Below, one piece after another: positions 8,746 to 17,958 of a stretch of DNA of 64,000 nucleotides. Source of the DNA: a virus. Position numbers and translations under genes: made by a program. Positions within the stretch are counted from its first letter, which is position 1, and each line of letters starts with the position of its first letter. The stretch spans positions 1 through 64,000 of IMG/VR virus record IMGVR_UViG_3300017788_000011. One strand, written 5' to 3'. A model generated the notes under the pieces. The model did no database searches. It was not told the origin of the DNA and was given only the letters and a program-made list of their open reading frames with translations.

Positions 8746-9702
8746 ATGGATATTAGATCGTTACTTGACACTCTAACACAGTTAGATACTTCCATTGAGG
8801 AAGCACCAAAACAGCGACAAGGCGGTGGTGGTAAAAGACAAAGAGATTATCAGTTAGCACAACAACAGATGGCTAATCTGGAAAAGGCCGCACAATACAC
8901 TGGCGACGATCCTATTGTTCGTCAACGTATGGGTTTACCAGCAAAATTACCGTCCATCGACCAATGGGATGGAAAAATGCCTGAACCCACAGGACAGCCC
9001 GACTGGCTGGCTAAATTAGGCAGTGGATTTAAACTTGATCGGGATGCACAGGGAAATATTGCAGGTGCAACCAGTAATGCTACCACAGCACAGCAACAGG
9101 CCGTGGCACAGAATAAAGGTTTGTCAACATCAGCAAAATTTGTTGATCAGATTCTTCCTAAAATCAAAGCAATTTTACACAAAGCAGATGGCAAAGGGGA
9201 TGGCACAGGATCTGGCAGACGTAAAACTATGGCGGCAGCACCAGGTGCTGGCGGTTATACTGGATTTGGTGGCGCAGAAGAAAGTTACGGCAGTATTGCT
9301 TCTGAATTAGTGCGTGAATTTGGTTACGACGAATTTGAAATGCCAATAGTTGAAGCAGAATTAACACCGCAAGAAGAAAAAGAACTTGCTGACTTAATGT
9401 CACAGATTTCAGATATCGAAGATCCGAGAATCCAACGTGTTCAAAAACGTTATCAAAATTATTTGAAAAATATCAAAGGTAAGGCTGCACCGGCAGCAGG
9501 TGCGGCAAAACCAGGAGCAGTATCTGCTCAAGGAGATCAAGAGTTTAGCAAAGATCTTGATACAATACTACAGTTATTACAAAAGAAAAGCGGCGGGGCC
9601 GCACAAACTCGAGCGGCAGCACCTGCGGCAGCACCGGCTGGTCCTACAACTATAACTAATCCTGCTCAGGCCAAACAGGCAGCAGCACCTGCTAAATCCT
9701 AA
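8746..9702 (+). CDS. Ala/Gly/Gln-rich putative virion internal protein
   Basis: RBS AAGGA; IEE-A and IVE-A sites; shares segments with the next gene. Confidence 0.65.
   Translation: MDIRSLLDTLTQLDTSIEEAPKQRQGGGGKRQRDYQLAQQQMANLEKAAQYTGDDPIVRQRMGLPAKLPSIDQWDGKMPEPTGQPDWLAKLGSGFKLDRDAQGNIAGATSNATTAQQQAVAQNKGLSTSAKFVDQILPKIKAILHKADGKGDGTGSGRRKTMAAAPGAGGYTGFGGAEESYGSIASELVREFGYDEFEMPIVEAELTPQEEKELADLMSQISDIEDPRIQRVQKRYQNYLKNIKGKAAPAAGAAKPGAVSAQGDQEFSKDLDTILQLLQKKSGGAAQTRAAAPAAAPAGPTTITNPAQAKQAAAPAKS
9613..9692 (+). repeat. 80-bp direct repeat, copy 1
   Basis: 79/80 identical to 10893-10972 (A9652 vs T10932). Confidence 0.95.
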
Positions 9703-9713
9703 GAGAGAAAATT

Positions 9714-11003
9714 ATGCAAAATAAAATGTTAGATACAATTCAAAGATTAAGATTAATCGAAAGCCGACAGGTAATGTTTGAAGCATTAAGTCCTGAAGAG
9801 GAAAAGCAGTTAGCAGACTTAATGGCCAAACACAAAGCCAAATTTGACGATATCGAATTTATGGCCAGTATGCCTAAAGAAATACAAGATAAAGCCGGTA
9901 AAGTGTTTACTCTACAGAAACAGGCTCCAACGGCACCTGCAGGTGATAAAGCCGCAGATGCTAAACCAGCAGCCGCAGGAGCAGATCCAAAAGTTAAAGC
10001 AGTACAAGAAAAACTCGTTGCTCTGGGATTTCAAGTGGGTAAAACTGGTGCAGATGGAAAAATGGGTCCTGCTACTATTGGCGCAATCAAAGCCTTTGAA
10101 AAATTTGCAGGCAAAACACCTACTGGAAAAATTACTCCGGAATTAGAACAACTATTAGCCAATGGCGAACAAGTTAAATCAAACAATGAAGTAGTTAAAG
10201 CACTGACAGCATTAGAGGCATTGGTTAAGAAACATTCTAAGACTCCTCAAACACAGAGCGTTGACGTATCGGATATCGACTCAATGACTGAGAGTGAATT
10301 AAGATCGTTTGTTCTCAGAAATTTAAAACATTTTACACTGTCAGAACAGATGACAATTATGTCTTTGGTATTAACCGAAGCACCGCTGCCTTCATCAGCA
10401 GCCGCGGCATTTAATCGATTTGGAGTTAATCCCCCAGGAGTATTACCTACACAGGCACAGGCAGCGGCTGCAAGATTTCCGGCAGGCACTACACCACCAG
10501 CAGGCACTACACCAGCGGCACCAGGTGCATTAGACAAATTAAAAACGTTTGGTAAAAATCTCGCGGGACGCATGACCGGAGTTAAGCCGGGATCTGCCGC
10601 ACCGGCCGGTACTGCGGCTGTAAAAGCAGGGGCCAAGGCCACTGGTAAACTGGCTCTAAGACTTATTCCTGGACTCGGGTGGGGGCTACTTGCATTTGAC
10701 ATTATTGGTGCTGTTTCGGATACACTAAAAGATTCAGGAATACCTGATGCTGATAAACAGGCCATTACAAAGAATCTCGAAATAATCAAAAAATTCTCTG
10801 CTGATAAAGATGCGGCATCATCTATGCCTGCTGATATTCAGAAAAGAATCACTGATGTGTTGAAGGCAGCAGAAACATTAGGTCCTGCACCTGCGGCAGC
10901 ACCTGCGGCAGCACCGGCTGGTCCTACAACTTTAACTAATCCTGCTCAGGCCAAACAGGCAGCAGCACCTGCGTCGGGAATGGGTAATGTTGTTGCACCA
11001 TAA
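9714..11003 (+). CDS. putative virion protein with peptidoglycan-binding domain and a hydrophobic segment
   Basis: DPKVKAVQEKLVALGF..GADGKMGPATIGAIKAFEK; LALRLIPGLGWGLLAFDII. Confidence 0.7.
   Translation: MQNKMLDTIQRLRLIESRQVMFEALSPEEEKQLADLMAKHKAKFDDIEFMASMPKEIQDKAGKVFTLQKQAPTAPAGDKAADAKPAAAGADPKVKAVQEKLVALGFQVGKTGADGKMGPATIGAIKAFEKFAGKTPTGKITPELEQLLANGEQVKSNNEVVKALTALEALVKKHSKTPQTQSVDVSDIDSMTESELRSFVLRNLKHFTLSEQMTIMSLVLTEAPLPSSAAAAFNRFGVNPPGVLPTQAQAAAARFPAGTTPPAGTTPAAPGALDKLKTFGKNLAGRMTGVKPGSAAPAGTAAVKAGAKATGKLALRLIPGLGWGLLAFDIIGAVSDTLKDSGIPDADKQAITKNLEIIKKFSADKDAASSMPADIQKRITDVLKAAETLGPAPAAAPAAAPAGPTTLTNPAQAKQAAAPASGMGNVVAP
10893..10972 (+). repeat. 80-bp direct repeat, copy 2
   Basis: 79/80 identical to 9613-9692; encodes AAAPAAAPAGPTTLTNPAQAKQAAAPA. 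Confidence 0.95.
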
Positions 11004-11005
11004 TA

Positions 11006-11326
11006 ATGTTTATCAGAGAAATAACAGAAGCCAAGCCGCAATTTTCGAACGAAGATAAACTTCGTATAACAATTCGACAAGCGGCTGATGCTCTAAACAT
11101 TAGAACTGCTAATATAGATTCGGCAGAATTCAAACAGGGCAGATTAGTGGCTATCAAACTCAAAGACGGTGGCTCTATACCTGTTCCACCAGATTGGGAT
11201 AAAAAATGGGTTAAGAATCCCAAATCTGATAAATGGGAAAAGACTGGTACCAATGAACCAGAAACTCCAAAAGATAAAAAAGATCCCAGCCTCTGGGATA
11301 AACTAACAACAAAATCTGAAAAATAA
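11006..11326 (+). CDS. hypothetical protein with capsid-targeting-like leader
   Basis: Leader MFIREITE. Confidence 0.65.
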   Translation: MFIREITEAKPQFSNEDKLRITIRQAADALNIRTANIDSAEFKQGRLVAIKLKDGGSIPVPPDWDKKWVKNPKSDKWEKTGTNEPETPKDKKDPSLWDKLTTKSEK

Positions 11327-11329
11327 TTC

Positions 11330-11358
11330 TTGACTTCTGAAATTTTGTTAAGTATAAT
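11330..11358 (+). promoter_or_regulatory. sigma70-type promoter
   Basis: TTGACT-17 nt-TATAAT upstream of AGGAG RBS. Confidence 0.8.
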
Positions 11359-11384
11359 ACTTAATAAATTTACAGGAGATTTTT

Positions 11385-11645
11385 ATGAGTTCAAGAACCT
11401 ACGGACCCGAAGAAAAAGCCAAACTTGAAAGAATTGTCAACGAAGGTGTACAAGTTATGTACGAAGTTGAAAGTCTTCAAGAGGGTCTTAAAGAAACTAT
11501 CAAAGCCATTGCCGACGAACTCGAAGTTAAACCGGCACTGATTACCAAAGTCATTAAAATCGCACACAAAGGAAACTGGAACCAAGTGTTCAGTGAATTT
11601 GATGATCTCGAAACATTGATCGTCACCGTTGGCAAAGACAAATAA
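11385..11645 (+). CDS. T4 DsbA-like double-stranded DNA-binding protein
   Basis: 86 aa helical; LKETIKAIADELEVKPALITKVIKIAHK resembles DsbA/GapR; precedes DNA polymerase. Confidence 0.6.
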   Translation: MSSRTYGPEEKAKLERIVNEGVQVMYEVESLQEGLKETIKAIADELEVKPALITKVIKIAHKGNWNQVFSEFDDLETLIVTVGKDK

Positions 11646-11935
11646 TGTTAGATGTATTAAATGGAACTGTCGATTGGATCAAGCAAGATTACCAAAGTCA
11701 TAGAATACGTTTTTGTCTTGAGGTCCTTGCTTGGGCTATTAGCATTGGTTGTTCTATCACTATGGCACTCACCGTACCAACACCTCCTCTCATCATACTT
11801 TACCCAATCTGGATTGCTGGTTGTGCTATATATGCTGGGTGCGCTCTTAGTCGTGGTTCCTTTGGTATGTTGGCTAATTACCTACTTCTTGTCGCAATTG
11901 ACGCAGTAGGGTTAGTGAGAATGCTAATTAATTAA
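11645..11935 (+). CDS. small membrane protein
   Basis: About three hydrophobic segments; TAATG coupling. Confidence 0.7.
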   Translation: MLDVLNGTVDWIKQDYQSHRIRFCLEVLAWAISIGCSITMALTVPTPPLIILYPIWIAGCAIYAGCALSRGSFGMLANYLLLVAIDAVGLVRMLIN

Positions 11936-11941
11936 GAACAA

Positions 11942-11993
11942 GGTTTGATCAGCCATAAATGATCCGTTAGGTATTTGCAGGCCACAAACTGCA
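11942..11993 (+). promoter_or_regulatory. tandem hairpin/pseudoknot element immediately upstream of DNA polymerase RBS
   Basis: GGTTT-GATCA-GCCATAAA-TGATC and GGTATT-TGCAG-GCCACAAA-CTGCA, then TAAGGAG. Confidence 0.6.
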
Positions 11994-12004
11994 TAAGGAG
12001 AAAA

Positions 12005-14671
12005 ATGAGTTACGTCGATGCATACTTCGACCGCGACAATGATATCATCAAAATTGTCGAACGGTCAAAAGCAGGAAAAAGAGAATACAGAGATATTCCT
12101 GTAAAATATACCTTTTATTACGAAGATCAAAGAGGTAAATTTCAATCCATTTACAGCACACCTCTCAGCAGAGTGGTCTGTAAAAACTCCAAAGAGTTTC
12201 GCAAAGAATTAGCAATACATTCAAATAAAAAACTCTACGAATCAGATATCAATCCCATATTCACTTGTTTAAGTGAAAACTATCTTAATCAAGACGCACC
12301 AAATCTACACATTTGCTTTTTTGACATCGAGGTCGACTTTGATCCAGAGCGTGGTTATGCATCACCGGATGATCCTTTCATGCCAATTACGGCAATCACT
12401 GTTTACTTAAAATGGTTAGATAGTTTAGTTACATTGGCGTTGCCTCCGAAGACCTTAACCATAGATCGAGCCAAAGAACTCTGTGCTGACATTCCCAACG
12501 TTTATTTGTTCGACAAAGAAGCAGATCTATTAGAAACATTTATCGACTTAATTCAAGATGCTGATATTATCAGTGGATGGAACAGCGAAGGTTTTGACGT
12601 ACCTTATACTGTGAACAGAACTGCTAAGATTCTCAGCAAAGAAGATACTCGTAGATTTTGCCTGTTTGATCAGTTTCCCAAACGCAGAGAATACGAAAAA
12701 TATGGTAGGCAACAGGAAACCTATGACTTTGTAGGTCGTGTGCATCTTGACAGTCTCGAACTGTATCGTAAGTACACCTATGAAGAAAGACACACTTACC
12801 GACTGGACGCCATTGGTGAAATGGAGATTGGTGAGAATAAAACTGTTTACGAAGGTACTCTCGATCAATTATACAACAACGACTTTAGAACGTTCATTGA
12901 ATACAATCGACAGGACGTTGCACTGTTAAACAAACTGGATGAGAAATTAAAATTCATCGATCTTGCCAACACCCTGGCACATGAATGTACTGTACTACTA
13001 CAAACAACCATGGGAGCCGTGGCTGTTACTGAACAGGCCATTATCAATGAAGCACATCGTAGAAACATGCAGGTTCCTAACAGAACCAAAATGGATGAAC
13101 GAGAAGATACACAGGCCGCCGGGGCGTATGTGGCATATCCCAAAGAAGGACTACAAGATTGGGTTGGGTCGTTAGATATTAACTCACTGTACCCTTCTGC
13201 TATTAGAGCCTTGAACATGGGCCCAGAAACTATCATCGGGCAATTACGTCCGGATTACACAAAACAACACATAGAAGAACAGATAGCCAAAGGCAAAAGT
13301 TTTGCCGCGTCTTGGGAGGGTAAATTCGGATCAGACGAATACGAAGCAGTAATAGCACAGCGCATCGACACTGAGATAACCATAGAATGGGAACACGGAG
13401 AAAAGACTGTACACAGTGCCGCAGAAGTATACCGAATAATTTTTGAAAGTAATCAACCTTGGATGATTTCAGCCAACGGCACTATCTTTACCTATGAAAA
13501 AGAAGGCGTCATTCCTGGACTGCTAAAACGTTGGTATGCTGAACGCAAAGAGATGCAGGGCAAACTCAAAGATAGTATCAAGGCAGGAAATAAAGTAGAA
13601 GAAGAATACTGGGACAAACGTCAGCTCGTTAAAAAGATTAATCTTAACTCACTGTACGGTGCTATTCTTAATCCTGGCTGTAGGTTCTTTGATAAACGTA
13701 TCGGACAGTCAACTACGTTAACAGGTCGACAGATTGCCAAACACATGGCCAGTAAGGTAAATGAGATTGTTGCAGGAGAATATATTCACGTTGGTAAAGC
13801 CATTATCTATGGCGACACAGACTCTTGTTATTTTAGTGCTTATAAAACTTTACAGAAAGATATTGATTCGGGCGTTATTCCTTGGACCAAAGAAAATGTA
13901 GTTGCTCTATATGATCAAATTGGTGAAGAAGTAAACAGTACCTTTCCTAAATTCATGGAAGACGCATTTCATTGTCCTAAATCGCGGGGCGAAGTTATCA
14001 AAGCAGGACGAGAGATTGTTGGATCAAAGGCTCTGTTTATCACGAAGAAACGTTATGCTGTATTGTATTATGACAAAGAAGGCAAGCGCACAGACGTCGA
14101 TGGTAAACCAGGTAAGATCAAAGCCATGGGACTTGATCTTAAACGTTCAGATACTCCAGAATTTATTCAAAATTTCCTAAGCGATATTCTCGAACGTGTA
14201 CTAACTGGTTCTACTGAGGAAGAAGTATTAGACTTTATCTCTGCGTTTAGAACAGAATTTAAATCAAGGCCGGGTTGGGAAAAAGGATCGCCTAAGCGAG
14301 CCAACAACATCACTGAATACGAAGCCAAAGAAAAGAAACAGGGCAAGGCTAATATGCCGGGGCATGTCCGTGCCAGTATCAATTGGAATACTTTGAAGCG
14401 TATGTATGGTGACAAATATTCTATGAATATAGTTGACGGTATGAAAGTCATTGTCTGTAAACTCAAAGATAATCCATTGGGCTTTACATCTGTGGCTTAC
14501 CCCACAGACGAACTTAGATTACCTAAGTGGTTTATGGAACTGCCGTTTGACGATGCAGAAATGGAAACTACTATTATCGATAACAAGTTAGAAAACTTAA
14601 TCGGTGTTCTTAAATGGGATATTAAGAGTACCGAACAGAACAATACATTTAACAAACTGTTCGAGTTTTAA
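12005..14671 (+). CDS. family B DNA polymerase (T4 gp43-like)
   Basis: Exo FDIE, GWNSEGFD, YNRQDV; Pol DINSLYPS, KINLNSLYG, YGDTDS, KKRY; RBS AAGGAG. Confidence 0.97.
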   Translation: MSYVDAYFDRDNDIIKIVERSKAGKREYRDIPVKYTFYYEDQRGKFQSIYSTPLSRVVCKNSKEFRKELAIHSNKKLYESDINPIFTCLSENYLNQDAPNLHICFFDIEVDFDPERGYASPDDPFMPITAITVYLKWLDSLVTLALPPKTLTIDRAKELCADIPNVYLFDKEADLLETFIDLIQDADIISGWNSEGFDVPYTVNRTAKILSKEDTRRFCLFDQFPKRREYEKYGRQQETYDFVGRVHLDSLELYRKYTYEERHTYRLDAIGEMEIGENKTVYEGTLDQLYNNDFRTFIEYNRQDVALLNKLDEKLKFIDLANTLAHECTVLLQTTMGAVAVTEQAIINEAHRRNMQVPNRTKMDEREDTQAAGAYVAYPKEGLQDWVGSLDINSLYPSAIRALNMGPETIIGQLRPDYTKQHIEEQIAKGKSFAASWEGKFGSDEYEAVIAQRIDTEITIEWEHGEKTVHSAAEVYRIIFESNQPWMISANGTIFTYEKEGVIPGLLKRWYAERKEMQGKLKDSIKAGNKVEEEYWDKRQLVKKINLNSLYGAILNPGCRFFDKRIGQSTTLTGRQIAKHMASKVNEIVAGEYIHVGKAIIYGDTDSCYFSAYKTLQKDIDSGVIPWTKENVVALYDQIGEEVNSTFPKFMEDAFHCPKSRGEVIKAGREIVGSKALFITKKRYAVLYYDKEGKRTDVDGKPGKIKAMGLDLKRSDTPEFIQNFLSDILERVLTGSTEEEVLDFISAFRTEFKSRPGWEKGSPKRANNITEYEAKEKKQGKANMPGHVRASINWNTLKRMYGDKYSMNIVDGMKVIVCKLKDNPLGFTSVAYPTDELRLPKWFMELPFDDAEMETTIIDNKLENLIGVLKWDIKSTEQNNTFNKLFEF

Positions 14672-14672
14672 A

Positions 14673-15452
14673 ATGCAGATAACTATTGCAGGACATGGAT
14701 TTGTAGGTTCAACTGTTGCTTCAGCCATAGATGCTGCCGGCATCGAATGTTGGGTAGTTGATCCTAAATATAATCAAAATAAAATCAGCGATTGTCCAGA
14801 TGCTGATGGAATTATAGTCACAGTAAACACACCCACTGTTGATGGCAAATGCGATCCTACTAATTTATACAACGTGCTTGATCAAATTCCCGAAATCATG
14901 CCTGTCTGTATTAAAAGTACAATTACACCAGATATTGTCGAACATATCTGTAGAAAATACAAAAATCACTATATTGTAATATATCCCGAATTTCTCAGAG
15001 AGCGTTGTGCCAAGGAAGATTTTGAAAATCAAAGATCCATTATCCTTGGCGGTGATATTCGATTCTTTTGGCAAGACGTATTTAAAAAAGTGTTGCCCAA
15101 TGTTAAATTATTTCATCACTGTTCTCCAGTTGAGGCAATGCTGGTAAAATATTTCAGAAACAGTTACTTGGCTGTTAAAAGTTCGTATTTCAATCATGTT
15201 TCAGATATCTGTAAAGAGTTAGGAACAAATTTTGACAATGTTCGAAATCTTGTTTGCCAAGATACACGAATCGGGTCAGGACAAACATTAGTTCCAGGTC
15301 CCGACGGACAAGAGGGATGGGGAGGAAATTGTTTGCCCAAAGACACAGAAGCATTTTTATTTTGGTGTGGAATATACGAAATATCATTTGATGTATTACA
15401 AGCCGCAGTAGAATATAATAAAACGAAAAGAAATAATGTTGACAAAACCTAA
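14673..15452 (+). CDS. UDP-glucose/GDP-mannose 6-dehydrogenase family protein (short form)
   Basis: GHGFVG Rossmann, VNTP, IKSTI, PEFLRE, KYFRNSYLAVK, GWGGNCLPKD. Confidence 0.88.
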   Translation: MQITIAGHGFVGSTVASAIDAAGIECWVVDPKYNQNKISDCPDADGIIVTVNTPTVDGKCDPTNLYNVLDQIPEIMPVCIKSTITPDIVEHICRKYKNHYIVIYPEFLRERCAKEDFENQRSIILGGDIRFFWQDVFKKVLPNVKLFHHCSPVEAMLVKYFRNSYLAVKSSYFNHVSDICKELGTNFDNVRNLVCQDTRIGSGQTLVPGPDGQEGWGGNCLPKDTEAFLFWCGIYEISFDVLQAAVEYNKTKRNNVDKT

Positions 15453-15467
15453 AAACCTAAATATAAT
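15439..15467 (+). promoter_or_regulatory. sigma70 consensus promoter
   Basis: TTGACA-17 nt-TATAAT. Confidence 0.85.
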
Positions 15468-15488
15468 CAATCTAAGGAGATCTCACAA

Positions 15489-16217
15489 ATGAAAGATATT
15501 TTACAAGACATCGTAGCACATACACACAGCCTGGGCTTTCTACCTTTGGTAAAAGTAACCAACGAAGAAGGAACCTTTGTTGAGTCAATGGCTGAAGATC
15601 GTTCAGTTATTCTAAGTGCTAAAACACATAATTCCGTTGACGAGTTCGAAGGAACGTTTGGTATGCCAAACTTGAATAAACTGGATTTGCATTTGAAATG
15701 TCCGGAGTACAAAGAAAATGCAAAAATCAATGTAGTGACTGCAGAACGCAACGGTAACACAGTGCCAACAGGTATTCATTTTGAAAATGCCGCAGGCGAC
15801 TTTGTTAATGATTATAGATTTATGAGCAGTGAAATCATTAACGAAAAGTTAAAAACAGTAAAGTTCAAAGGAGCCAAATGGGACATTGAGTTTGAACCTA
15901 CTTTGGCTGCTATTCAACGTTTGAAATTTCAAGCACAGGCTCACTCTGAAGAGAACACATTTCAAGTCAAAACTGAAGACGGTAATCTTGTAATCAGTTT
16001 CGGTGATGCATCTACTCACGCAGGATCTTTTGTATTTCAACCAGAAGTGTCCGGCAAACTAAAACAGGTATGGAGTTGGCCTGTTAACGCTGTCATTAGT
16101 ATTCTTAATTTGCCGGGTGATAAGAAAATGATGATTGCAGATGCAGGTGCTCTGCAAATCACAGTAAATTCTGGTCTTGCAGAATACAACTATATTTTAC
16201 CGGCACAAAGTAAGTAA
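15489..16217 (+). CDS. probable DNA polymerase sliding clamp (gp45-like)
   Basis: 242 aa, beta-rich two-fold pattern, FGMPNL and C-terminal YILPA; near DNA polymerase. Confidence 0.6.
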   Translation: MKDILQDIVAHTHSLGFLPLVKVTNEEGTFVESMAEDRSVILSAKTHNSVDEFEGTFGMPNLNKLDLHLKCPEYKENAKINVVTAERNGNTVPTGIHFENAAGDFVNDYRFMSSEIINEKLKTVKFKGAKWDIEFEPTLAAIQRLKFQAQAHSEENTFQVKTEDGNLVISFGDASTHAGSFVFQPEVSGKLKQVWSWPVNAVISILNLPGDKKMMIADAGALQITVNSGLAEYNYILPAQSK

Positions 16218-16219
16218 TA

Positions 16220-17764
16220 ATGAATAAAAATTTAACCGCTACACAAAACGATTACGCATACTTTCTTCCGGCTACTTCGGGTTTCTACGCTACCTTTATC
16301 GGAAAACAGCGTTATAATAATTACGTCGATCCGGCAAGAATTCCTGCTTCGTTTACTGCTGGTGTAGAATCGTTAAATTATCTCGAACCCGAAAAAGGTC
16401 TATTCTATTACGATCACTGTCTTTACTCGGCAGGCCATGCTAATCTCGATCTTAACAAACAAGACGACAGCGAAGACATGTTCCGTAATCGCGATCGAAC
16501 AACATCATGGGTATTGGGAGATTCGGGAGGATTTCAAATTGGTAAAGGTGTTTGGGAAGCCGATTGGAAAGACCCTAATTGTCCTAAAGCCGCTAAAAAA
16601 CGTAGTCAGGTTTTAACTTGGATGGATACGTTAATGGACTATGGAATGTGTCTTGATATTCCGGCGTGGGTGGCTCGAAGTCCTGCTGGTCGTGCCGCTA
16701 CTAAAATCAACACCTATGCAGAAGCAGTTCAAGGCACTTATATCAACAATGACTATTTCATCAAAAATCGCAATGGCAACTGTAAATTCTTAAATGTATT
16801 ACAGGGAGAAAATCACACCGATGCCGAAGATTGGTATCAACGTATGAAAAAATACTGTGATCCAAAACAATACCCAGATGCACATTTCAACGGATGGTCA
16901 ATGGGTGGACAGAATATGTGTGATATTCATCTTGTTCTCAAACGATTAGTGGCATTGAGATTTGATGGATTGCTGGAACAAGGCAAACAGGATTGGATGC
17001 ACTTTCTCGGTACTTCTAAACTTGAATGGGCAGTGTTGCTCACTGATATTCAACGTGCTGTTCGTAAATATCACAATCCTAACTTTACAATCAGTTTTGA
17101 TTGTGCAAGTCCATTCTTAGCAACCGCTAACGGACAGATCTATATCCAAACTGAAACTGAAGATAGAACCAAATGGGTTTATCGAATGGTTCCTTCAGCA
17201 GATGACAAAAAATATGCCACAGACACAAGATTGTTTAAGGATGCTGTGATACAAGACGGTATCTTCAACAACTTTCAAAGTTCACCAATTATTGATCAAT
17301 GCTCAATCAAAGACATCTGTGTCTATAAGCCCGGAGACTTAAATAAAATTGGTAAAGAAGGCAAGACTTCCTGGGATTCGTTTAGTTATGCTATCATGAT
17401 GGGACACAATGTTTGGATGCATGTCAATGCCGTTCAAGAAGCCAATCGTCAATATGATTCTGGTAAATTTCCTTCGATGCTTGTAGAAGAAAAATTTGAT
17501 AGACTGTTTTTCAAAGACGTTGTTGAGGCAATATTTGCCGCTCCAAATCGAGCTATCGCGGATGCAGTAGTCGAAGAATACAGTAGATTTTGGATGAGTA
17601 TTATTGGCACTCGCGGTGCTACTGGAAAGAAAACGGTTAATGCTTCAACTATGTTTGCCAATTTGTTTGACGAAGTAGACTCAGAACCTGTACAATTAGA
17701 ACACGGTGAGGAGTTTACCGAAGAAGAAACTCAGAAACTTAACGATTTGGAGGCATCATTGTGA
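16220..17764 (+). CDS. tRNA-guanine transglycosylase-fold protein, DpdA-like (deazaguanine DNA insertase candidate)
   Basis: LGDSGGFQ, LDIP, NVLQG, GWSMGG, HFLG, SFDCASP, HN motifs; folE and queE nearby. Confidence 0.75.
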   Translation: MNKNLTATQNDYAYFLPATSGFYATFIGKQRYNNYVDPARIPASFTAGVESLNYLEPEKGLFYYDHCLYSAGHANLDLNKQDDSEDMFRNRDRTTSWVLGDSGGFQIGKGVWEADWKDPNCPKAAKKRSQVLTWMDTLMDYGMCLDIPAWVARSPAGRAATKINTYAEAVQGTYINNDYFIKNRNGNCKFLNVLQGENHTDAEDWYQRMKKYCDPKQYPDAHFNGWSMGGQNMCDIHLVLKRLVALRFDGLLEQGKQDWMHFLGTSKLEWAVLLTDIQRAVRKYHNPNFTISFDCASPFLATANGQIYIQTETEDRTKWVYRMVPSADDKKYATDTRLFKDAVIQDGIFNNFQSSPIIDQCSIKDICVYKPGDLNKIGKEGKTSWDSFSYAIMMGHNVWMHVNAVQEANRQYDSGKFPSMLVEEKFDRLFFKDVVEAIFAAPNRAIADAVVEEYSRFWMSIIGTRGATGKKTVNASTMFANLFDEVDSEPVQLEHGEEFTEEETQKLNDLEASL

Positions 17765-17958
17765 TTGCAACAACAGCGGCATCATATGTAGTAGCCATTG
17801 TATTTTCCAGCGGCCGTGTTATGGCTCTTTCCGACCCTTACGTTACCAAACAAGAATGTGAACAATCCGTTGTATATACTGTAATGACAGAAAAGTCTAA
17901 AGTCAGTCAATACAAACGCCCGATTATTTGCACAGACAAACCCGATCTAAAACTATGA
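17761..17958 (+). CDS. hypothetical protein
   Basis: 65 aa, GTGA overlap, two Cys. Confidence 0.55.
   Translation: MIATTAASYVVAIVFSSGRVMALSDPYVTKQECEQSVVYTVMTEKSKVSQYKRPIICTDKPDLKL

Noticed and set aside
10480-10520. Short tandem repeat as CRISPR-like array
   Set aside because: Two 18-nt coding units (PAGTTP) with no spacers
9613-10972. Diversity-generating retroelement TR/VR pair
   Set aside because: Only one mismatch, both copies are coding low-complexity tails, and no reverse transcriptase is in the window
12005-14671. Intein or intron in DNA polymerase
   Set aside because: Length (888 aa) and motif spacing are normal; no splicing or homing endonuclease motifs seen
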